This document shows positions 18,865 to 27,900 of a stretch of 36,833 nt of DNA, piece after piece. Source of the DNA: Coleofasciculus chthonoplastes F2-STO-03 (GTDB taxonomy: Bacteria; Cyanobacteriota; Cyanobacteriia; Cyanobacteriales; Coleofasciculaceae); assembly GCA_040222015.1 (NCBI GenBank), contig JAVJWO010000063.1:1-36833 (forward strand). The letters run 5' to 3'. The notes beneath the pieces are model-generated. The model was not told the DNA's origin. It searched no databases and saw only the letters and a program-made list of their open reading frames with translations. Made by a program: the position numbers and the translations under genes. Numbering within the stretch: the first letter of the stretch is position 1; each line of letters starts with the position of its first letter.

Positions 18865-21231
18865 CTAAGCAAAGAATACAATTACCGCCCCCAAAAATAC
18901 GATAAATGTACCCAATGCTTGTATCTGTATTTTATTTAATGGCAACCGTTTTTCTAAGCCGACATATCCTAAAACAAAGTACGTGAATAAAGCGGCGACG
19001 ACAGACAGTAGTAACCTGAGAGTCTGACCCCTGTAAACATACAACACGAGATTAATTGATCTGAGTAATCCAGGTTCTTGGTCTTCATGTTCTGGAAGTT
19101 CCATTATTTCCCATGTATTACCGGCATCGGTCGATTTAAAGATTTCTGATTTGGCTGACCCAAATCCATACAGGGTATTATCTGTGGCGTAGGCGGGTGA
19201 AAATTGGATAGGTTTACCCGCACAAGGGACGTTATTGATGCGGGCAAATGCTAGGTCATTATTGCCAATTGGTGTAAAGGCTTGTCCTCGATTAACGGTT
19301 TTAAATAATCCCTCACCTCGGACACTAACGATCAATGTTTGGTCGCTTTGATAATTCGGTGATATGCTGACGCCTTCGATATAGCCGTTTTCGATATTAG
19401 CAGAACTCGATAACTTGTTCCATGTTTTTCCAGCATCGGTTGTTACAAAAAGTCCTCGATCAGTCCCCGCCAAAACAGTTTTATCCGCCTGGTAATTTGG
19501 TGAAATTGCTAAGCGGATACTGCTAGTTTCACCTAAACTACTGTCTTCACTAACAGATTGCCAAGTTTTACCTGCATCACTAGACTGAAAAACTCCAGGA
19601 TCAGAGCTAGATGCGTAAAGAGTTGGATCAGATGGGAAATCTGGAGAGATGACGATGGACGCTGTTTCATTACTAAAGTCTTTACCAATTTTGCTGAGAA
19701 CTGAGAATTTTTTCCCGGCGTTGGTTGACTTGTAAATAACACCTTGCTGGGTGAGTAAGTAAATAGTTTTATCGGAGTCAAAGGCAGGGGAAGTGGCAAT
19801 GGTCATTCCCCGCGTAGAATACTTAGGAACTTTGGGAAGTTGAGTTCTTTGCCAACTTTTCCCTCCATTCGTTGACATTAAGAAATTCTCCCATAATAGA
19901 GTTGCAAATATTGTTTGATCAGAACCGTAATTTGGAGAAAAGGCAATATCAAAAAACCGTCTTGGATCTTGATCTTGTTCGTCAAAACTTCGGGTTAAAT
20001 AGGGAGATTCTAACCCTTGATACATCTGAGTCCAGTTTAGCCCAGCATCTTTACTAATATAGGGATCACCAACATAAGGGGCAATGGCAACATTTGAGTC
20101 ATTTTCGTAATCAGGAGATACAGCTAGAGCAACAATTGTTTCGGGTAATAAGGTTTCTAATAATTGCCAACTCTGACCCTTGTCCGTAGATTTAAAAAGA
20201 CCATCAAATCCGCCTAAAAACAGGATATTCTCAGAAATAGTTAAGTCCGTAAAATGAGGACTCTTCATTTGATCAGCTTGACTTTCTTTAACTAATCCTT
20301 GACTGGATTTTTTCCAGGTTTCCCCCCCATCTTGGGAGTAAAAGAAGCCGTCATTCCAGGTTGAGGCAAAGAGGGTGTTATCGTTGGCATAACTGGGTGA
20401 AATAACAATATCTTGAATGGACGGGTCAGACAATCCCTGATTTAACGGTGTGAATGAGCCGCCAAAATCGGTTGTTTGCAGTACCCCGCCTTTTTCTGTG
20501 CCAACAAAAATAGTTTGATCGGAAGAAAAATTGGGCGAAACCACTAGAGTTGTAATTGCACCACTATTTTCAATAGGAGAAGCAGCTTGCCAGGTTTCAC
20601 CGCGATTGCCTGAGACATAGATAGTTCCTTCTTCATCTCCAATAACGATAGAACTTGGATTATCTGGAATAAAGCTAATCGTCTTAATTTTACTCGAATT
20701 ATCTAAAACTTGATTCCAAGTTACACCACCATCATCGGTTTTATAGAGTCCACCTTCGCTGTCCGCCGCTAAAACAAAATCAGGAGCATTAGGAGCTATC
20801 TCTAGGACTTCAATATTTAAACTTTCTAATCCATTATTAACGTTTTGCCATGAATTTCCGCCATCGGAGGATTTATATATGCCATCTCCAAAAGATGACA
20901 CGAAGAGTATCGAATTTGTTGGAGAAATAGATAAACTCGCTAAACTTGATCGATTATCTAAGCCATTGACAATTCTTTGCCAGGAAGATCCTCCATCCAC
21001 TGACTTAAATAAATTGCCACGCACGATAATAAATAAATCTTGCTCTTGCTGATACTTCGGAGACAAGTCAACTTGAGTGACAACATCATGAGGTCTATGA
21101 GCTAAAGCGGGTTGTGCCGTCAAGCCAAAAAGCGCTAATACCAGTAAAAATCCGATAAAAACTTTTTTAAGTAAAAGCCCAACCTTTTGTCTAGTGCTGT
21201 GAGTAGATTTTAACCACTTATTAATAAACAT
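18865..21231 (-). CDS. Secreted, membrane-anchored BNR/Asp-box repeat beta-propeller (Ycf48/VPS10-like)
   Basis: Signal peptide ending QPALA; many S/T.D.G.(S/T)W repeats; two C-terminal TM helices. Confidence 0.85.
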   Translation of the reverse strand: MFINKWLKSTHSTRQKVGLLLKKVFIGFLLVLALFGLTAQPALAHRPHDVVTQVDLSPKYQQEQDLFIIVRGNLFKSVDGGSSWQRIVNGLDNRSSLASLSISPTNSILFVSSFGDGIYKSSDGGNSWQNVNNGLESLNIEVLEIAPNAPDFVLAADSEGGLYKTDDGGVTWNQVLDNSSKIKTISFIPDNPSSIVIGDEEGTIYVSGNRGETWQAASPIENSGAITTLVVSPNFSSDQTIFVGTEKGGVLQTTDFGGSFTPLNQGLSDPSIQDIVISPSYANDNTLFASTWNDGFFYSQDGGETWKKSSQGLVKESQADQMKSPHFTDLTISENILFLGGFDGLFKSTDKGQSWQLLETLLPETIVALAVSPDYENDSNVAIAPYVGDPYISKDAGLNWTQMYQGLESPYLTRSFDEQDQDPRRFFDIAFSPNYGSDQTIFATLLWENFLMSTNGGKSWQRTQLPKVPKYSTRGMTIATSPAFDSDKTIYLLTQQGVIYKSTNAGKKFSVLSKIGKDFSNETASIVISPDFPSDPTLYASSSDPGVFQSSDAGKTWQSVSEDSSLGETSSIRLAISPNYQADKTVLAGTDRGLFVTTDAGKTWNKLSSSANIENGYIEGVSISPNYQSDQTLIVSVRGEGLFKTVNRGQAFTPIGNNDLAFARINNVPCAGKPIQFSPAYATDNTLYGFGSAKSEIFKSTDAGNTWEIMELPEHEDQEPGLLRSINLVLYVYRGQTLRLLLSVVAALFTYFVLGYVGLEKRLPLNKIQIQALGTFIVFLGAVIVFFA

Positions 21232-21523
21232 ATACACCCCAAGCAAAATAAAAAAATACTAAAAAAATGCCAATGTTTCACTGAAAAGGCAATGTTTAAC
21301 AACGCCTATTAGCTAAACAATGATACTTTAGCAGATTTTCTATTTTAGAAAAATTAAATTTTGTTAATTTTTTCAACGTTTTTGTAAAGACGTAAGAACC
21401 CTGATTGTAAGTAGAATAGCGATAGTTATTCGTTTGATTCGGAATAATTCGATTCTTTTGGTTCCATGGGGGATGTGAGGGGGATCAAACGTATCCCATA
21501 AGAGCGGAAAGTGCTATATGCTT

Positions 21524-21565
21524 CTCCAGCTCCCCCAGCCTCCCCAGCCTCCCCAGCCTCCCCCT
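21524..21565 (+). repeat. Short tandem repeat (CCCCAGCCT)n
   Basis: About 4 units. Confidence 0.75.
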
Positions 21566-21641
21566 GTGTTTTCCCTCATCTGCTTGAAAACGACTGTAAA
21601 TCGGTTATCCTAGCGTAGGATATCGTTCACCAGAAAACCCC

Positions 21642-22139
21642 ATGAACAGGAAAAATCGCGTTAGCAATCGTCATTTTTGGCAAATTTGTGCCAGTCAGCT
21701 CGTTACAGCAAGTCTATTTACCCTAGCCTTTCCTGCTAGTCCTGTCAGTGCCGGTGTCGATCAGTTTCAAATCTGCGCCGCAGAACTCCTACGTGCGGGT
21801 ATCTCCAGGGAAAATGCAGCCAGAACTTGTGCTGAGGCGCTTGAACCTAAGGATTTATCCCTCTGTGTGCTGAAAATCGAAGAGTTAACCCCAATTGCGG
21901 CTGATGAAGCCTTATTCGCTTGTATGCGTGTCCGACGTCCCAAGGAATTGGCAAGCTGTACTGTTGATATTAACCAGCATACTCAAGGTTCTGATCCGGT
22001 TTCGGTGCTGGCAAACTGTCGCCGCAGTCTTCTACCCTTGCGTTTTTCTGAATGCGTAATTGGTTTGAGTCGCGAAATTGATTTTTCTGTAGAGGGTGCC
22101 CTAGCTACCTGTATTGATGCTCAGGATTTTTCCCGTTAA
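21642..22139 (+). CDS. Secreted Cys-rich helical repeat hypothetical protein
   Basis: Signal peptide ending PVSA; 8 Cys in the mature part, in four ~31-aa units. Confidence 0.8.
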   Translation: MNRKNRVSNRHFWQICASQLVTASLFTLAFPASPVSAGVDQFQICAAELLRAGISRENAARTCAEALEPKDLSLCVLKIEELTPIAADEALFACMRVRRPKELASCTVDINQHTQGSDPVSVLANCRRSLLPLRFSECVIGLSREIDFSVEGALATCIDAQDFSR

Positions 22140-22158
22140 GTCTTCAAAACTTATTCAT

Positions 22159-22266
22159 TAAGTAGGTGGGCAAAATTACAGGTAAAAAACTTAGCTTCTC
22201 AGCTAAGTCTATTGGGTTTCCTTTGTCAACCCAACCTACAACCATTACACTATTGCCTATTACCTT
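22159..22266. mobile_element. Degenerate MITE-like element containing a GTAGGTTGGG-type REP half
   Basis: Left end TAAGTAGGTGGGCAA; degenerate right end TTGCCTATTACCTT; internal TTGGGTTTCCTTTGTCAACCCAACCTACAA related to 15552-15630. Confidence 0.45.
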
Positions 22267-23670
22267 TTACGATTGAATCGGAATCTCAATCACAAACTCT
22301 GTACCCTTTCCCATTTCACTCGTGACCCATAATTGACCTCGGTGCTTTTCCACGATGATTTGGTAACTAATCGTCAATCCTAAACCCGTTCCAGAACCGA
22401 CGGGTTTGGTGCTAAAGAATGGATCAAATATCCTCTGACTTACCTCATCTGTCATTCCTGATCCGTTATCTGCAATGCGGATAATCACCTTCGCTTCGTT
22501 TACACTCTCGGTACTAATCTCAATAGTAGGGGTTTGGGATTGATCGGGAGTGAGTGGCGATCGCACAAATTCTTCCTCTTCTTCCCCTATTTTCCTATCC
22601 CCTCTAATTAACCACATTTCACCCTCTAGTTTTAGTTTGCCATACTTCTCATCTAAAGTATCAATAGCATTGGTAAGGATATTCATAAATACTTGATTGA
22701 GTTGACTGGCATAACATTTCACAAGAGGCAAATTACCATAATTTTTGATCACCTCAATTCTCGGTCGTCCGGCTTTAGCGTCTAAGTGGTACTGTAAGAG
22801 CAAGATCGTGTTATTAATATCTTGATTAATATCGACGAACTTCAACTCAGCCTCATGTAAATGGAAGAAATTCTTGAGCAACGATACAGTTTGGCGGATT
22901 CGTTCAGCACCCACCTGCATTGATTCTAGAAGTTTAGGTAAATCAGATTGAATAAAATCTAACTCAATTTCCTGAATTTTGCGATTAATTTTATCAGGTG
23001 GATGTGTATACGTTTGTGTGTAAAGTGTAATCAGCTCAAAGAGGTCTTGAATATATTCATTAGCGTGGTATAGGTTGCCATATATAAAGTTAACTGGATT
23101 ATTAATTTCGTGGGCAATACCTGCCGCTATTTTGCCAAAGGAAGACATTTTCTCAGCTTGAATTAATTGAACTTCCGTTTGTTGCAGCTTGTGTAATGCC
23201 TCTTCAAGTTCCAAGGATCTTTGCTTCTCTTGCTGTTGGGATTGTAATAAGTGTTCATTTTTGGCTTGCAGTTCTTTTTGCAGGTTCCGTAGCGTCAGGT
23301 GAGTTTGGATGCGGCTAACAACTTCTTCCGGCTGAATCGGTTTGGTAATATAATCAACAGCGCCAATTTCAAACCCATGAACCTTGTTAAGGGTATCTGA
23401 AAGTGCTGTCATAAAAATGACTGGAATATCCCGCATTGAAGGATTTTCTTTAAGTCGTTTACAAACCTCAAACCCATCAATTCCTGGCATCATTACATCC
23501 AACAAAATCAGATCTGGTTGAGCCGCTTCAACGCGCTGAATCGCTGTTTTACCATCCGTTGCAACCAGCACCTTGAATCCGGATTTTGTCAAATAATTAA
23601 ACAGAAAACTAAGATTCGTGGGATTATCTTCAACAATTAATAAATTTCCTTGGTCTGCTTTTTTATCCAT
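22267..23670 (-). CDS. Hybrid response regulator-histidine kinase (REC-HisKA-HATPase)
   Basis: REC LLDVMMPGIDG; H-box AHEINNP; N-box NILTNAID; DNGSG, FDPFFSTK, GTGLGL. Confidence 0.92.
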   Translation of the reverse strand: MDKKADQGNLLIVEDNPTNLSFLFNYLTKSGFKVLVATDGKTAIQRVEAAQPDLILLDVMMPGIDGFEVCKRLKENPSMRDIPVIFMTALSDTLNKVHGFEIGAVDYITKPIQPEEVVSRIQTHLTLRNLQKELQAKNEHLLQSQQQEKQRSLELEEALHKLQQTEVQLIQAEKMSSFGKIAAGIAHEINNPVNFIYGNLYHANEYIQDLFELITLYTQTYTHPPDKINRKIQEIELDFIQSDLPKLLESMQVGAERIRQTVSLLKNFFHLHEAELKFVDINQDINNTILLLQYHLDAKAGRPRIEVIKNYGNLPLVKCYASQLNQVFMNILTNAIDTLDEKYGKLKLEGEMWLIRGDRKIGEEEEEFVRSPLTPDQSQTPTIEISTESVNEAKVIIRIADNGSGMTDEVSQRIFDPFFSTKPVGSGTGLGLTISYQIIVEKHRGQLWVTSEMGKGTEFVIEIPIQS

Positions 23671-24874
23671 TGTTTTGCTTGGGTATTCTCACAGTAAAAA
23701 TACTTCCTTTGTTGAGTTCACTGGTTACGTTGATATCCCCCCCAAAACCTTTTAAGATCTGCATACAAGTATAAATACCTAGCCCTGTGCCTGTGGGTTG
23801 ATTTCGCTGTTTTTCCTCACCCTTCAATGGTTTAGTGGTATAAAATGGATCAAAAACTTTGGATAGATCTTCTGGGGCTATTCCACACCCTGTATCTTGG
23901 ACATCAATGTAAAGATTGTCTTCATCCTGCCGGGTGATAATTGTTAACATTTGTTCTTCCTTATCCCACATAGCATCTAGGGCATTACTGATTAAATTAT
24001 CCAAAATTTGGGAGATATCAGTATAAACTAAAGAGATTAATGGAATATGCTCATCCAAAACATATTTTTTTTTAACCTTATGTTTTAATTGAAGGTTAGC
24101 CTGCCAAAAATCGAGTTCTTTTTTTAAGATATCATTAATATTAAGCGAAGTTAACTGCAAGGAGTGATCCATTTTGCTTTTGTGCATGAGATTATCCAGG
24201 ATTTGGCTCATATCCCAGGCAGCTTCAGCCATCTTTTCAATATAAGCGAATGTCGTTTCTGGAGAAACAGCTTCTTCAGTCATTTCTCCCGTCGCTAAAC
24301 ATTTATAAGATATGATAAGTTGAATGCGATTTCGTAAATTATGCACGATACCTTGAGTCAGTCGTCCGATTAAAGCAGTTTTTTCTTGCTCGATGAGTTG
24401 TTGAGTTCTAGCTTGAACAATTTCTTCTAAATTTTGATTTAAGTGAGCAAGTTCTTCTGTTTTAGTTTGCAGTTGATTTTGCAGATGATATAGCTTTATG
24501 TGAGTCTGAATTCGACTCAGCACTTCTTCTTGATGAATGGGTTTTGTGATATAATCAACAGCACCTAGCTTAAAGCCTTGAACTTTATCTACTGTGTCTG
24601 AAAGCGCGGTCATAAAGATGATCGGAATATCTTGAGTGGATGGATTTTGTTTCAATCGTTTACAGGTTTCAAACCCATCAATTCCTGGCATCATCACATC
24701 TAAAATAATCAGATCAGGTTGAGTGACTTCGGTTCGCTGAATGGCACTTTCACCATCTAACGCCACAAATATTTTGAAGCCTGATCGCGTCAAAAAGTCA
24801 AACAAAATACCTAGGTTATGAGGTTGATCGTCAACAATCAATAGCTTGGGGTTTTTGGGGGTTGAATTATCCAT
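23663..24874 (-). CDS. Hybrid response regulator-histidine kinase (REC-HisKA-HATPase)
   Basis: REC ILDVMMPGIDG; atypical H-box VHNLRNRI; NLISNALD, DTGCG, FDPFYTTK, GTGLG. Overlaps the next gene by 8 bp. Confidence 0.9.
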   Translation of the reverse strand: MDNSTPKNPKLLIVDDQPHNLGILFDFLTRSGFKIFVALDGESAIQRTEVTQPDLIILDVMMPGIDGFETCKRLKQNPSTQDIPIIFMTALSDTVDKVQGFKLGAVDYITKPIHQEEVLSRIQTHIKLYHLQNQLQTKTEELAHLNQNLEEIVQARTQQLIEQEKTALIGRLTQGIVHNLRNRIQLIISYKCLATGEMTEEAVSPETTFAYIEKMAEAAWDMSQILDNLMHKSKMDHSLQLTSLNINDILKKELDFWQANLQLKHKVKKKYVLDEHIPLISLVYTDISQILDNLISNALDAMWDKEEQMLTIITRQDEDNLYIDVQDTGCGIAPEDLSKVFDPFYTTKPLKGEEKQRNQPTGTGLGIYTCMQILKGFGGDINVTSELNKGSIFTVRIPKQNNG

Positions 24875-24997
24875 AAATGGTAACTAGTTAAAACTATGTT
24901 TTTATTTCGCAAGTGACACAATATAGAAATTGCCTTAATCTGATTATTTTTTTATGACTTATAGCCACTAAATATTGGCTGGTAATTGAAGATTCAT

Positions 24998-27900
24998 TCA
25001 AGCGATATATTGATCAATAATTTGCTCTATTTTTTTTAGCTGAAACCCTCTAGCGAGATGATGGATTTGTGTAGCAAAGGGAATCCATTTGCTGTTTACG
25101 TCTTGCCAATGCTGCGCTTGATCGATCATGCCTTGAATATCCCCCATTGCCAGCAATTCCGACAAAATAGCTAGTTCTGAAGCAGGGGGAGGAACCAGGG
25201 GTATAGTATTGGTTTCCAATTCAATCGTTGTTGAATCTCTGAGTTCTTCATAAATTCCTTCCACATCTAAATAAACAATCAATAATTCCAGGAGTTGCTG
25301 GATTGGCACAGGTTTTGAGAGAAAGGCTTGGCATCCAGCCGCTAAACTCTCCTGCTGGGTTGTCTCGAAAACATTAGCGGATATGGCAATAATAACGGTC
25401 TTTTCAAACTGAGGCAATTGGCGCAGTCGCCGCGTTGCGGTCAAACCATCTAGTCCCGGCATGATTAAGTCCATTAAGATCAGATCAGGCTGAATCTCAA
25501 CTGCCTTTTGTAAACAATCTTGACCATCGACGGCTTCAAAAATGTTCAAGTCGAACGGTTTGAGTAATTCTCGTAAGAAAGACCGATTAGTGGTATTATC
25601 ATCAACAATGAGAAGAATTTGCTGTTGTCCTTTTACGCCAATGAGTCGGCGATCGCACAATGGTTCCGACGCTTGTCCTCCTGAAACGTCAGACAACTCT
25701 AAATCAAACCAAAATATACTACCTTGATCCAAAGTACTACTAACCTGAATCGCGCTACTCATAAGCTGAACCAGCTTCTGGCTGATAGCAAGTCCCAATC
25801 CTGTCCCTTCGACGGCGTGGGTGCGATCGCTCACTTGATGGAAGGGTAAAAAGATTTCGCTTAATTTTTTCGAGTCTATGCCAATCCCCGTATCTTCAAC
25901 TTGAAAACGAATCTTGGTGATTGGGGATTGGGGCATTATATCCCCTTCCCTAAGCAGGGCGGGTTTTGTCACGTTAGCAGTTTCTTGGGTAACGTTATCC
26001 GTCAAACCCGCCCCTACGCATTGAGACGCGCCATAAGATGCGCCATGACAAGACGCGCCATGGCAAGACGCGCCATGGCACGTCTCTACATCTTCAACAT
26101 AGCCAACTTTAAACGTCACGCTACCCTGATCTGTAAACTTCACTGCATTACTGAGTAAATTGATCAGAACCTGTCGCAACCGTTTCTCATCAGCGATAAC
26201 AGTTTGGGGAAGAGGAGAGAAGAGTTTGTATGTAAAGTCAATCTCTTTTTGGCTAGCACGCAGACGAAAAAGACTGCTGATGCTGCTGAGAAAGGTTGGC
26301 AAATGAAACTCAGTTGGGTTAAGTTCTAATTTCTGGGATTCAATCTTAGAAAAGTCTAAAATATCATTAATTAGCGTGAGTAAATGTTCGCCACATTGGT
26401 AAATAATGTTTAAACTATCTCGTTGAGTTTCGGTTAAATTCGTATCGTTTTGCAGGAGTTGAGCATATCCTAAAATGCCGTTAAGGGGGGTTCTGAGTTC
26501 GTGGCTCATCGTTGCCAAGAATTCGCTTTTCGCCCGATTGGCTACTTCGGCGGCGTCTTTGGCTTGTTGGAGTGCCACTTCTATCTCTTTATGCGCCGTA
26601 ATGTCCCGGGTAACACTTAACACAGACCGAATTGTACCATCGGCATTAAATTCAGGTACGATGCGAGAGTGAAAAAATTTCATCCCGTTGCTAGTGGGAA
26701 AGTCAAACTCAATCAGTTGTTCTTGTCCGGTTGTCAAGACAGATCCCAGGGCTTCATCCCAAAACTGGGCTTTGTCTGGCGGCATTCCCAACTCCCCATT
26801 GGTTTTGCCGATAAAGGTTTGAGGGGAACAGTTTGTGATTTGTTCGATTGCCGGATTCACATAGAGATGGCGCAATTGGTGATCGAATCGGGCAACAATA
26901 TCCGGTGAATTTTCCACCAACGCCCTAAATTGTTGTTCGCGGTAATAGAGTGCTTCTTCCGTTTGCTTGCGATCGCTAATATCGCGGTTGCTGGCTCGTT
27001 GACCTAGCCATCGTCCATCCTCACTATAAACAGGTTGACAAGCATGGGCAATCCAACGGATCGATCCGGTGCGAGTAATGATGCGAAAGTCGGTTGAGTA
27101 GATATGGGGATTATCTAACTGTTGGCGTATATGTTCAGCAATTCTCTGGCGATCATCGGGATGAACGATTGCTTCAAACAAGCTAGGATCATTGAGGAAT
27201 TCCTCAGCCTGATAGCCGGTGATCCGTTGACAAGAGGGAGAAACATAAATAAAGCTACCATCGGGATCTCGCCAATATTCCCAATCATAGGTAAAATCAG
27301 CTACGGTGCGAAAGCGCTGTTCACTTTCTTGTAGGGCTTGTTCTGCCTGTTTGCGTTCAGTGATATCATGAGCAACCACATAAACTAATCGTTCTTGCAC
27401 AAACGGTACCGCTGTCCAAGAAAACCATTGGTATGATCCATCTTGAGAGCAATACCGATTCTCAAAGGACTTGATGGTAATCCCGGATGCCAGTTTTCTC
27501 ATTTGCGCCTGAGTCGCTTCCCGATCCTCGGGATGAACCCATTCGATAAACGGTTGGGCTTTAATGGCGTCAGAGGAGATACCCAGGATTTTCTCGAACG
27601 CTGGGTTGACATCAATAAAGTATCCCTCAAAGTTAACAATCCCTAGGATATCTACAGAGAGATTAAACAAGCGATCGCGTTCTTGTTGGATTTGTTGACG
27701 TTCCCTTAATTCGGTTTGAAGCTGGGAATAGAGTTCGGCTTGTTGGATGGCGATTGTGACTTGAGTCGTTAATGAACAGAGGAGTTCAGCTTCCCACGGC
27801 TGCCATTTTCTCGTGGTGGTATAGTGATGAGCAATCAGTAATCCCCAAAGGGTTTCATTCTCCAGAATCGGCATCACGAGTTTGGATTTAACCCCAAACC

